Of a DNA stretch of 64,000 nucleotides, positions 50,016 through 60,057 are shown one piece after another. This stretch comes from Promethearchaeota archaeon (GTDB taxonomy: Archaea > Asgardarchaeota > Lokiarchaeia > Sigyniarchaeales > SOKP01). The translations under genes were made by a program, and so were the position numbers. The stretch lies in NCBI GenBank assembly GCA_019058245.1, contig JAHPZJ010000019.1:2371-66370 (forward strand), read 5' to 3'. The notes beneath the pieces were generated by a model. The model ran no database searches, had not been told where the DNA came from, and saw only the letters and a program-made list of their open reading frames with translations. Each line of letters opens with the position of its first letter. Positions within the stretch are counted from its first letter, which is position 1.

Positions 50016-50100
50016 TTTATGTCACCTATTATAATACATATAAAAATAGAATACAATAATGAAGAATATCTTTTTTCTAATTAATTTTTGCTATTTTATT

Positions 50101-52332
50101 TTATACAAATAATCTATCTTCTTTAGATTCTTCAATTCTTCGACTCTTAAGTTTATCACCAAATTCCTCATACCATTGGATTACTTCTTTAGTTAAAGTG
50201 GGATTCAATGATTTTCTTGCTTCATTAAAATGCTCTAATGATACTACTCTCGCCCTTATATTTTCTCTTAAAGCAATCATAGCCGCCTCTCGACACCAAG
50301 TTTCAATATCTGCCCCAGAAAAACCCTGAATTGTATCATTTAACTCTTCTAAATTTATGTTACTTGCCAAAGGCATTTCTTTTGTAAATATTTTTAAAAT
50401 TTCAAGTCTTCCTTTTTCTTCCGGTACAGGGACCAATAATATCCGATCAATTCTACCAGGTCTTATTAATGCGGGATCTAAGATATCGGGACGATTTGTT
50501 GCCGCGATTACAACAATATCTTTCATAATTTCTAAACCGTCTAACTCTGTTAAAAATTGAGATAACACTTTTTCTGTTACTCCGGAATCAGATGTATGTC
50601 TGCCTCTACTTGGAGCAATCGAATCAAATTCATCAAAAAAGATAATACAAGGAGATGCCATTTTTGCTTTGCGAAATACTTCTCTTATTGCTTTTTCAGA
50701 TTCACCGACCCATTTTGATAAGAGTTCTGGCCCTTTAATTGATATAAAATTTGCTTTACTTTCAGTTGCTACAGCTCTTGCTAATAGTGTTTTACCACAA
50801 CCAGGAGGACCATAAAGTAGAATTCCTTTTGGAGGAGTAATTCCCATACGACTAAAGATATTTGGATGTGATATTGGCCATTCAACTGCTTCTATTAACT
50901 TTTGTTTTAAGTCATCAAGTCCACCCACTCTTTCCCATGGAACATTAGGAACTTCCACAAAGACTTCTCTTATTCCAGAAGGTAAAACTTCTTTTAACGC
51001 TTCTTCAAAATCATCTTTGGTCACTTCAATTTGTTCCAATAATTCTGGGTCAATTATTTCTGATTCCAAGTCAATTTTAGGTAAATAACGTCGTAAAGCA
51101 GACATGGCAGCTTCTCGACACACGGCAGAAATATCAGCCCCTACAAAACCATGAGTTATTTGAGAAAATTCTTTCAATGATATTTTCTTATCAAGGGGCA
51201 TGTTTCGAGTATGAATCTGAAATATTTCTCTTCTGCCTTTTTCATTTGGTACTTTTATTTCTATTTCACGATCAAATCTTCCAGGACGTCTTAAAGCTTC
51301 ATCTAAGCTATTAGGTCTATTGGTTGCCCCAATTACAATTACTTTACCCCTCCCATGCAATCCATCCATTAATGCTAATAATTGAGCAACAACTCTCCGT
51401 TCAACTTCTCCAGTTACAGTTTCTCTTTTTGGGGCAATAGCATCAATCTCATCTATAAATATAATAGCAGGACTTTTTTCTTCTGCTTCAATGAAAATTT
51501 TTCTCAATTTTTTTTCTGATTCTCCATAAAACTTACTCATAATTTCTGGACCATTTATTGAAATGAAATGTGCTTCACTTTCATTTGCTACAGCTTTTGC
51601 TAATAGAGTCTTCCCACATCCAGGTGGACCTCTTAATAGAACTCCTTTTGGAGGGTCAATGCCTAAACGTTTAAATAGAGAAGGATGTCTAAGTGGTAAT
51701 TCTACCATTTCTCTTACTCTCTGAATCTCTTTATCTAATCCACCAACATCTTCATATGAGATGTATTTAATCCCTGTATCGACCTCCTCTGTGATCCTTT
51801 CGCTAATATTGAGTAAGGTGTCTGGTTTTATGATACAAACCCCACTAGGTCTTATATTTATTACTTTAAATGTTATTTCTCGACTAATGCCAATTGATAT
51901 GAAGATAAAATCATCAAGCGTTACTGGATAATTATTTAATTTTCTTTTTACAAAACTTTCAAATCTAGGATTATTTTTAATAGGAAAATTTGACGGCGCC
52001 AATACGATATTTTGAGCGACTACAGCATTCACTTTTCTTATTTCAATAGTATCATCGATTCTAGTTCCTGTATTTTTTTGCAGTCTAGAATCCACTCGTA
52101 CAATCCCTAATCCATTATCTTGTGGATAACTTGGCCATGCAATCCCAGCACTCTCTTTTTTACCATTGACTGCAATAACATCCCCAGTCTGAATTTTAAG
52201 CTTTTCCATTGTTTTAGGATCAATTCTAACAATATTACGCCCAATGTCTCTTTTTTTAGCCTTTTGTACTCTTAAATTCACACTAGGGCTATCATCATCC
52301 TTATCCTTCTCAGTATTACCTTTCGATGACAT
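50101..52332 (-). CDS. cdc48: Cdc48/VCP AAA+ ATPase
   Basis: N-domain; two AAA modules with GPPGCGKT and Walker B IDEID / FDEFD; SRH RPGR. Confidence 0.97.
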   Translation of the reverse strand: MSSKGNTEKDKDDDSPSVNLRVQKAKKRDIGRNIVRIDPKTMEKLKIQTGDVIAVNGKKESAGIAWPSYPQDNGLGIVRVDSRLQKNTGTRIDDTIEIRKVNAVVAQNIVLAPSNFPIKNNPRFESFVKRKLNNYPVTLDDFIFISIGISREITFKVINIRPSGVCIIKPDTLLNISERITEEVDTGIKYISYEDVGGLDKEIQRVREMVELPLRHPSLFKRLGIDPPKGVLLRGPPGCGKTLLAKAVANESEAHFISINGPEIMSKFYGESEKKLRKIFIEAEEKSPAIIFIDEIDAIAPKRETVTGEVERRVVAQLLALMDGLHGRGKVIVIGATNRPNSLDEALRRPGRFDREIEIKVPNEKGRREIFQIHTRNMPLDKKISLKEFSQITHGFVGADISAVCREAAMSALRRYLPKIDLESEIIDPELLEQIEVTKDDFEEALKEVLPSGIREVFVEVPNVPWERVGGLDDLKQKLIEAVEWPISHPNIFSRMGITPPKGILLYGPPGCGKTLLARAVATESKANFISIKGPELLSKWVGESEKAIREVFRKAKMASPCIIFFDEFDSIAPSRGRHTSDSGVTEKVLSQFLTELDGLEIMKDIVVIAATNRPDILDPALIRPGRIDRILLVPVPEEKGRLEILKIFTKEMPLASNINLEELNDTIQGFSGADIETWCREAAMIALRENIRARVVSLEHFNEARKSLNPTLTKEVIQWYEEFGDKLKSRRIEESKEDRLFV

Positions 52333-52427
52333 AATAAATTGACTCTAATTTTATTATTTTAGTATACTATTAAGTAATCTTAATTTCGTAAAAATTTTTC
52401 CTTTTTTTTTTATAAGATATCATAACT

Positions 52428-53477
52428 TTATTTAATAAAATCATCCAAGGAGACTTGAACTTTAACATCATTTATTTTTCTAAGTCTATCTAATGCATTA
52501 TTAACTCTTTGTTTTGAAAAATTATGTTCTTCTATAAGTAATTCTTCCAATTTTTCAAACTCGACTTTCTTTGGTTTTGGAACCTTGTAATCTTTTTTTA
52601 CATCTGGTTGAAGAAAAATTTTTCTGATTTGAGCTATTATTTCTGAATCTATAAAGATCTCCTTTTCCCCAACTTTTATTTCGCTTTTTAATATATTTTC
52701 TATAGAATCATATTTTTTAATTAACTCTAATGCAGTTTTTTGACCAATGCCTTTAATACCTGGAAAAAAATCGGTTCCAATTAATATTCCCATATCGATC
52801 AATTGCTCCCGAGAAATTCCGAGATTACTCAAAAATTTAGCTAAAGAAACATATTCAATATCTAAAGTAACTGTTGTATCTTTTACCTTTTTACTTCGAC
52901 TTATAGCAAAATTTCGAATCAACCGTTCTCCGCCAAATAATAATGTATCATAATCTTGAGAAGCACAAGCCCAAGCATCACCATTCTCAACTAAATATGC
53001 TGATTGGGCTTCTCCTTCCGAACTAGCTTGAATAATAGGAATTCCCATATAATCTATCAATTTCTTGCTTTCCTCTATCATCCCTGTGTCAAGTTTAGAA
53101 GTTAACTGAGCATATTTTTTAGCTTCTTTAAAATCTTCAGCATCCTGGGCGGTAATCATTTTTTGTTTAGCTTCTTCTTTAATCCTTTTCCTCTCTCTTA
53201 CAGTTTCTAATTTCAGTTCGGAGGAAATTCCATCGAAGACATAAATGGGATTAATATTATTCTCTAAGAAATTAATTGATCTGTAAAAAAGACCAGAAAG
53301 ATGTGATGTAATATTTCCCTGATAATCCTTTAAAGGGGTTCCATCTCTCTGTCTTATTATTGCTAGAAATTGATAAATGGTGTTAAACGCATCGATTGCT
53401 ATTTTTTTTTTAAAGAGATTTTCAAATGTAATGACTCTTTTAACTTCATTTACCAATTCGTTTATCTTTACGCCCAT
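52428..53477 (-). CDS. fen: Flap endonuclease 1
   Basis: MGV, IDAFNTIYQFLA, EGEAQ, SQDYD.LLFG, GTDF.PGI.GIG, PIP box QVSLDDF. Confidence 0.97.
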   Translation of the reverse strand: MGVKINELVNEVKRVITFENLFKKKIAIDAFNTIYQFLAIIRQRDGTPLKDYQGNITSHLSGLFYRSINFLENNINPIYVFDGISSELKLETVRERKRIKEEAKQKMITAQDAEDFKEAKKYAQLTSKLDTGMIEESKKLIDYMGIPIIQASSEGEAQSAYLVENGDAWACASQDYDTLLFGGERLIRNFAISRSKKVKDTTVTLDIEYVSLAKFLSNLGISREQLIDMGILIGTDFFPGIKGIGQKTALELIKKYDSIENILKSEIKVGEKEIFIDSEIIAQIRKIFLQPDVKKDYKVPKPKKVEFEKLEELLIEEHNFSKQRVNNALDRLRKINDVKVQVSLDDFIK

Positions 53478-53556
53478 ATCTAATTTATTCCCTGTTTTCT
53501 TCTTCTTCAATAAATAATTATTTAACTACTTATATAATTTCCACAAATATATCATC

Positions 53557-54093
53557 CTATTTTTTTGGTCGTCTTTTTAATTTTGATCCACAAATTTCAC
53601 ATAATCGATTTAAATCTTCGACATTATGAATTTTCCCACATTGTGGGCAATAAACCTGCCAGGTTATCTTAGATTCAATCCCTTCTTTATATAAAGGTAA
53701 AAAAGGAACACTTAATTCAGAGCACACATTTTCAATAGAATAATCATTAGAAAACATGGTAACTTTTCTATTGAATTTTCGAGTTAATTCTAAAGTCAAC
53801 GCTATTAATTCTTTATCAGCTTTCGAAAGAGCCTTAAAATCTCCTGTTTTTTTTGATACAATAATTATCTTTTCTATATATTTATTTTCAGGATGTTTAA
53901 CCCTTAGCTTATTAGTTTCAATCGCAGCATTGATTTTATTTAATATATTTCTATTTTTTTCTCTATATCTATGATCTCTTATTTCATCAATTATAGAAGG
54001 TGTAGTATAAGCAATTCCTTTAAATAAACTAAAATCTATTCCAGTTAGAAAAATATTAGCGTCAAGAATATAAATATCATCTTTTTTTTTCAT
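53557..54093 (-). CDS. nob1: Nob1-family endonuclease (PIN + zinc ribbon)
   Basis: ILDAN, LS.AD, SNDYSIENV, CPQCG..CEICGS. Confidence 0.92.
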   Translation of the reverse strand: MKKKDDIYILDANIFLTGIDFSLFKGIAYTTPSIIDEIRDHRYREKNRNILNKINAAIETNKLRVKHPENKYIEKIIIVSKKTGDFKALSKADKELIALTLELTRKFNRKVTMFSNDYSIENVCSELSVPFLPLYKEGIESKITWQVYCPQCGKIHNVEDLNRLCEICGSKLKRRPKK

Positions 54094-54153
54094 ATCACTA
54101 TTCTTAGGTGATGTAATTTGGGAAAGGTTATTAAAAAATTAAATTTTGTAAAA

Positions 54154-55053
54154 TTACAATTCAGGAGAATCATCAATAGGTACTCTTCTTATTGTACTAA
54201 TAATTTTCTTTCTCAATCGAGTATAATAACTTCCTTCAAACCGAATAAATTTATTTTGAGATTTTGCTTTACATATTTTAATTTTAGTATTAGGAGCAAT
54301 TCTTTTAATGATTTGTTGACCATCTATAACAATTTTACCATCTAATCTGGGCCTCAAAATTCGAATCTCGATTTCAGATTCAAGAGGTACTATTATTGGT
54401 TTTAAACCCGATCCTGCATAACTGTTTAGTGGCGTGATTTGCATAGAATCCATAGTGGGATTTATAATCGCCCCACCTGCACTTAAATTATATGCTGTGG
54501 ATCCTGTAGGAGTAGATATAATTATTCCATCTAAATAACTACGATTTAAAAATATTCCATCAATTCTAATAGACATTTGCATAACTTTAGAGCTTTTTGA
54601 AGATACAATTAGTATTTCATTTAAAGCATTAGTTAACTTAATATCACCAGAATCCTTCACGATATAGGCTGCTATTTTTGAACATACTTCTATTGAATAT
54701 TCTCCGTTTAATACCCTAGATAAGTCTTTGAAGATTAATCTTCCAGTAGATTCATCCAAGAATCCGATAGAACCAACATTTACACCTAGAATTGGCGGAG
54801 GGTCTTGTTGAGATAAACTACTTGCCACTCTTAAAATTGAACCGTCTCCTCCAACAATTACTATGAATTTTATTTTCTCTGCCGTCATTTCTCCTAAATC
54901 CATACCATTATGAGGTAGAATCTTTGGAGCAATTCTAGTTTCAAGATATACTACTTCCCCTTTTTGAACTAAGTACTCAAATATCCTTCTCGTTAATTTA
55001 ATAGCTCTTTCTGAATCCAACCTACAAGCTAAAGCAATTGGTTTTTTCTCCAT
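54154..55053 (-). CDS. nadK: NAD kinase
   Basis: GGDG, GFL, NE, STPTGSTAYNLSAGG. Confidence 0.95.
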   Translation of the reverse strand: MEKKPIALACRLDSERAIKLTRRIFEYLVQKGEVVYLETRIAPKILPHNGMDLGEMTAEKIKFIVIVGGDGSILRVASSLSQQDPPPILGVNVGSIGFLDESTGRLIFKDLSRVLNGEYSIEVCSKIAAYIVKDSGDIKLTNALNEILIVSSKSSKVMQMSIRIDGIFLNRSYLDGIIISTPTGSTAYNLSAGGAIINPTMDSMQITPLNSYAGSGLKPIIVPLESEIEIRILRPRLDGKIVIDGQQIIKRIAPNTKIKICKAKSQNKFIRFEGSYYTRLRKKIISTIRRVPIDDSPEL

Positions 55054-55129
55054 AGCCCTTGAACATTCTTTTTAAGTACTTCAAAAAAAAAATTGGATAA
55101 TTTAATTTATGAAAAGATTTAAAACTAAA

Positions 55130-55558
55130 TTAATTACTGAAAACTCTATTTATAAGGGTTTTTCCTGCCATTTGCCAATATTCTACTTGAGTTGTTGAGA
55201 TCTTACTAGGCTCTTCTTGAAGCACCTTTAATTTTTTTTTAAGATCCTCATCCTGTGGCCAATCAACATCAAATGATTCATATGATTCCAAATCCATAAT
55301 ATTGATGGATGCATCCTCAATAAAATTAATTTGGGCATTTCCTTTTATAATTTCAGGAGTATCAACGACATGTCCCGATGGAATAGTAAGACTCCTTTTG
55401 TTGTTATCGAACATTCCAACACATACGACTCTTACTTTAGCGTGACCATGTTTCCCGCTTTTTGAACGCTCAGTACTCTTAATGATACATGGCTCTTCAT
55501 CAACCATAATGTATTGTCCTGCTTTTAACTTTTGAATCTCAGTTCTTCTTATTGAAAT
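55130..55558 (-). CDS. eif5a: Translation factor aIF5A (probable ATT start at 55558)
   Basis: Hypusine motif KSGKHGHAK; MDLESYE; conserved N-terminal LK.G.YI lies upstream of the first ATG (55507). Confidence 0.95.
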   Translation of the reverse strand: MSIRRTEIQKLKAGQYIMVDEEPCIIKSTERSKSGKHGHAKVRVVCVGMFDNNKRSLTIPSGHVVDTPEIIKGNAQINFIEDASINIMDLESYESFDVDWPQDEDLKKKLKVLQEEPSKISTTQVEYWQMAGKTLINRVFSN

Positions 55559-56032
55559 GATTTTACACCTTTAATATGATATACTATTAATAAGCTTTAA
55601 TTTTCTATATTATTGTTTTATCATAAATTTTTCTATTGTTTATATCTATTAATAAGAAGAAGGTCTTATTATTATTAAAAGATCTTTAAAAACCTGCTAA
55701 ATAGTTCTTCTTTACGTTCAAAAAATAGGAAACTCAATGTTTAACGATGTCTATTCAGGCGGGTTTCAAAAATATTCTCTTCAATTATTAATTGCTTCAT
55801 ATCTTTAAAATTATCATTAACTTTCAGAACATTAGAAGGTCTTTTAGTTTGTTTTTAATTCTACTCAATCATTGACTTTTTTTTATAAAATAAATTTTAA
55901 CTTCTTAGAGTTAAGACTAAACTGCTTATCTTTTTTAAGATTTAAATTCACTATTGACAGAATAGTTTTTAAAAAATATTCAATTATAATTATAGATTTT
56001 TTAAAAAATATATAAAAATAGGTAAATGGTAT

Positions 56033-56938
56033 ATGGCAGATGATATTGAAATAAAAGATGAAAAGATTTTCGGAGGTTGGAGAGCACCTGAAAATCTAAT
56101 AAGAGAAGCAACTACGTCAATTCACGATGATAATGTAGCTAAAAGTGTTGGTATGCGTGGCGGAACGATACAAGGAACTTTACATTTAAGTATGTTTGCT
56201 CCATTGGCCCTAAAATTATTTGGTGAACGCTGGTTTGAGCAAGGAACTGTTAGTATGTATTACACATATGCAACAGTCGACAAGGAAGAAGTGAGAGCAA
56301 TTATTGAATTACCTCCAGGTACAAATGAAGAAATGTTGCCTATTTCAACTAAAGATGAGCAATTTAAAGCATGGGCAGAATTGAAAAATGGACAACAGAT
56401 AATGACTGGTACAATATCAATAGGCTCACCTAAGGAACCGTCATATTTACAAGCTATAGAATTAAAAAATAGTAAACCAGAGGAATTACGTATTTTAGCT
56501 GGATATAAAGTTGGGGAGGAATTACCTTCTAAAGAGATCTTACTCACACAAGAAGAAGCCAATAGTGGAGTAAAAAGAATTACAGACCAATTGGATTATT
56601 ATACAAATAAAGATAAAGCTCCTTGGAAAAGTACAATTTTTTATCCTACAGTATTGTTCGAAGTAATGGCATTGGGTTATGGGGAAACTAGTACTGAGGA
56701 ATTTAATGCAGTTCCATTCTATGGAGCAACTGAACTGAGGTATATAAATGGACCAGCATTTATTGGTGTTCCGTATATTGCTAAAGGGAAATATGTTTGT
56801 ATTGGTGTTTCTGCAAAAACAGAATACTTTTGGCTCGATTCTACATTAGAAGAAAAAGAAACAGGAAAACTAGTAGCTTCAATGCGCCACTTGAATCGTT
56901 TCATGAAAGCAGGATCACCACACTATAAAGATCAGTAG
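56033..56938 (+). CDS. Putative double hot-dog (MaoC-like dehydratase) protein
   Basis: SIHDDNVAKSVGMRGGTIQG.LH resembles the MaoC IH.D..A..G..G.I.HG motif; second half has YGATELRYINGP. Confidence 0.6.
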   Translation: MADDIEIKDEKIFGGWRAPENLIREATTSIHDDNVAKSVGMRGGTIQGTLHLSMFAPLALKLFGERWFEQGTVSMYYTYATVDKEEVRAIIELPPGTNEEMLPISTKDEQFKAWAELKNGQQIMTGTISIGSPKEPSYLQAIELKNSKPEELRILAGYKVGEELPSKEILLTQEEANSGVKRITDQLDYYTNKDKAPWKSTIFYPTVLFEVMALGYGETSTEEFNAVPFYGATELRYINGPAFIGVPYIAKGKYVCIGVSAKTEYFWLDSTLEEKETGKLVASMRHLNRFMKAGSPHYKDQ

Positions 56939-57144
56939 TTATTCGTGAGGTTTCAAACTAATCTATTTTTTTATTCAACTTTTTGATATTTTAAGATAAA
57001 ATTCAAATTTGAGAGAGAAAAGTTAAAAAAAATTTGTGAAAAAAGTAACTTTTTGGTGTCTTTGCTTCACAGTCCAAAGAATTTAATCAAATGATGAAAG
57101 TTTTATTTAATTTCCAATTCAATTATCATAAAAGGTGAACTTTT

Positions 57145-58224
57145 TTGACGTTAAAAACTAATATTACCGAAATGTTTGGAATTAAGCACCCAATCGCAAA
57201 TGCTGCAATGGGTCCTTACAGAACAAACGAGATGGCTATAGCAGTCGCAGATGCGGGTGCTCTAGGGATGATTTCACACACAAACCAATCTATGGATGGT
57301 AGGGAAGAAACTGCATTAGCAGCAATGAAAAAAAATCTTGATTATGTTGTAGAACATACAGATGGGATTTTTGGGTTTAATATAAGGACTTCGAGATTAA
57401 CAACAGATTGTGACAAATTAATTTCAGAAACCGCAAAGCATATAATGGCGAATCCTAAATTAAAAGAACAATGTCTCTATGCCCTTACTAGTGCGGGTTC
57501 GGCAACAAGAATGGCCCAGAATCCAGATTTCAAGAAATTGAGGGAAATCTCACAGGTTAAGCACTTCCATGTTGCCCCTGCACTCTGGTTGGCAGAAAAA
57601 TGTGTGAACGCGGGATGTGACGGGCTTGTAGTAACTGGGTTTGAAGGTGGTGGACATCAATCATATGAAAAAGTTGGAGGATTAGTATTATTGCAGCAAG
57701 TACAACAAAAATACCCAGATATTCCAAAAATCGCATGTGGTGGATTTGCTACTGGTAATGGTCTTGCTGCAGCCCTAGCTATTGGGGCAGGGGGCATTTC
57801 CATGGGATCGAGATTTATTGCATCAATTGAGAGTGAATTCCATGAAAAATACAAGAATGTCGTTCCCCCTGCAAAAGCTCAAGATACTGTTGTGAGAACA
57901 GGTTCTTTGGGAACCATCAGACTCTGGAAGAACAAATTTGCAATGGCAAAAGGATTAGTAAAGAGTAAAGAAGAAAAAATGGCTGAAGAAAAAGCTAAGG
58001 AGGAACATAGAACTGAAATTTCAAAAGAAGAACTTATGGAAGAATTAAGAAAAGATACAATTGCCCAATATGCGGTTTATGAGGGTGATATGGATAATGG
58101 GTATATATTATTAGGGCAGAGTATAGGTATTGTAAACCAAATAGACAGTATTCCCGATATTATCGAAACTGTTGTTAAAGACGCAGAAAAAGCACTAAAA
58201 AAAGCTGTAACGTATGTAGAATAA
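57145..58224 (+). CDS. Nitronate monooxygenase / FabK-like FMN oxidoreductase
   Basis: GIKHPI..AAM, G.EGGGH, ACGGF..G.GLAAALA.GA, MGSRF, GQSIG; TTG start 6 nt after GGTGA. Confidence 0.9.
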   Translation: MTLKTNITEMFGIKHPIANAAMGPYRTNEMAIAVADAGALGMISHTNQSMDGREETALAAMKKNLDYVVEHTDGIFGFNIRTSRLTTDCDKLISETAKHIMANPKLKEQCLYALTSAGSATRMAQNPDFKKLREISQVKHFHVAPALWLAEKCVNAGCDGLVVTGFEGGGHQSYEKVGGLVLLQQVQQKYPDIPKIACGGFATGNGLAAALAIGAGGISMGSRFIASIESEFHEKYKNVVPPAKAQDTVVRTGSLGTIRLWKNKFAMAKGLVKSKEEKMAEEKAKEEHRTEISKEELMEELRKDTIAQYAVYEGDMDNGYILLGQSIGIVNQIDSIPDIIETVVKDAEKALKKAVTYVE

Positions 58225-58681
58225 CTCTACTTTTTGTTATTAATCAAATCTTTTTTTTTATACATAATTTTGAATTCTATATTTTGATTGGGTTATTTCA
58301 ATAGAAATTTTAAGAAAATCAGAATCTGAATTTACTTTTCCATCCAAATTTCACAGAAAATTGGGACAAAATTTAAAAAAGTACTAATCTTGTATCTCTT
58401 TTTATTATTTGATAATAGATCGTGGAGTATCTCTGAAGCCACACACTTCCAGCACTTTTTGAGAATCCACTAATGGCAATTACCACCGTTGACTTAAAAT
58501 CGAAAATTTTAGAAAGACTGAAAGAAAAATACGTTGAAAAATAAAAAACCCTTCACCAATAATAATATCTAACTTTTTAGTAAAATCTATGACTTAAAAA
58601 TTATTAATGAATTCTATTTATATTGTAAATTTTTATCTTATATTAGAAATTACTGTAAAAATTAAATTTGGGAAAGTATTC

Positions 58682-59122
58682 ATGAGCTTTAGAATTGAAA
58701 GTAAAGAACAATTTGTCGAATTATGGACTAATATTTACAATACCGAAGGTAAACCTGATTGGTCTCATATCCTCCCATATTATGACAATAAGATATATTT
58801 TCGCGATTCTATTCAAGAAATTCGAGGTATAAAAGAATTTAAAGCTATGACTGTACGATTAGTTAAGCGATCTAAAAATTTAAGAATGAAAATAGTCAAT
58901 ATTCTTTTTGAAGGGAATATCATTTTTTTTGAATGGGAGATGGGATTAAGTTTTAAGAAAACTCCTGATTCGAAGGTATTAGGGGCAAGTCGCCTGATAT
59001 TGAATGATAATGGAAAAATAATCTCCCAAAGGGATTATTACGATCTCTGGGGGGATATTTTCGATAATATTCCATTTTTAGGTAAAGGATATCGAAAGTT
59101 CATGAGGAAAATGTTCGGGTGA
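58682..59122 (+). CDS. NTF2/SnoaL-like protein
   Basis: YYD..I.FRD, IRGI, G.S.L...GKI..QRDYYD. Confidence 0.85.
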   Translation: MSFRIESKEQFVELWTNIYNTEGKPDWSHILPYYDNKIYFRDSIQEIRGIKEFKAMTVRLVKRSKNLRMKIVNILFEGNIIFFEWEMGLSFKKTPDSKVLGASRLILNDNGKIISQRDYYDLWGDIFDNIPFLGKGYRKFMRKMFG

Positions 59123-60057
59123 ATCACTTGAATAAATATTTAACACAATACAGGATATCAAATATTAAGGCAATGCTTCGCAATAATAAGGCAGAGCCAT
59201 TGGAATGTCAAGATGATTTTAATGGACATTTAGTGGCTATAACTGGCGCCACATCTGGAATTGGATATGTAACTGCACGAGAATATGCTTCACACGGAGC
59301 TAATCTGTTAGTGATTAATCGAAATGAAGAAAAAACGCTTAATCTGTGTGAAGAAATTAATCGAGATTTTGGTGTAGAATGTGATTTCATGCTTGCGGAT
59401 TTTACGCACATTTCCGAGGTGAAGAAAGTTGGCGAAGAACTCGCAAATTCCGATTTGAATATTGATGTGTTCATTCATAACGCAGGTGTCTATTTAACCG
59501 AGAGAACGATCTCTGACGATAGTCTTGAGATGGTTTTTCAAGTGGATCATCTCGGTTCCTTTATTATAAATTACATTTTAAAGGATAAACTTAAAGCCCA
59601 GCAAAAATGCAGGATTATATTAGTAAATTCTGAGGGTCACCGTTTTGCTATTCTTGGTTTGAAATTAGATGATCTCAACTGGGAGAAGCGCCGCTATTCG
59701 GGACTCAAAAGCTATGGATCAGCAAAAACTGCCCAACTTCTGACAATGATCAAATTTAATGATTTCTTCCAAAATAGTGGCGTGACGATTAACGCAATGC
59801 ATCCTGGTAATGTAAAAACCACTATGGGAGAAAATAGTACTGGATTATTCCAGAGGGTTTTCATCGAACCCTCCTACAGATCGCCAATGATATCCGCTAA
59901 ATCCTTATATTATCTTGGAGTTTCGAAGGATATTGAGGGCGTGAGTGGTAAGTTTTTCAACCTCACTTACGAAGAGGAGCCCGCACCTCCTGTCTTGGAC
60001 CGAGAAGTCGCAAAAAAGATGTGGGATTTAAGTATAAAATTAGGCAGATTAGCATGA
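59119..60057 (+). CDS. Short-chain dehydrogenase/reductase (retinol dehydrogenase-like)
   Basis: TGATSGIG, HNAG, YGSAK (YxxxK), HPG.V.T; GTGA overlap with the upstream gene. Confidence 0.92.
   Translation: MNHLNKYLTQYRISNIKAMLRNNKAEPLECQDDFNGHLVAITGATSGIGYVTAREYASHGANLLVINRNEEKTLNLCEEINRDFGVECDFMLADFTHISEVKKVGEELANSDLNIDVFIHNAGVYLTERTISDDSLEMVFQVDHLGSFIINYILKDKLKAQQKCRIILVNSEGHRFAILGLKLDDLNWEKRRYSGLKSYGSAKTAQLLTMIKFNDFFQNSGVTINAMHPGNVKTTMGENSTGLFQRVFIEPSYRSPMISAKSLYYLGVSKDIEGVSGKFFNLTYEEEPAPPVLDREVAKKMWDLSIKLGRLA

Noticed and set aside
58400-58510. Coding-like fragment on the minus strand
   Set aside because: No convincing start or motif; may be debris at the island boundary.
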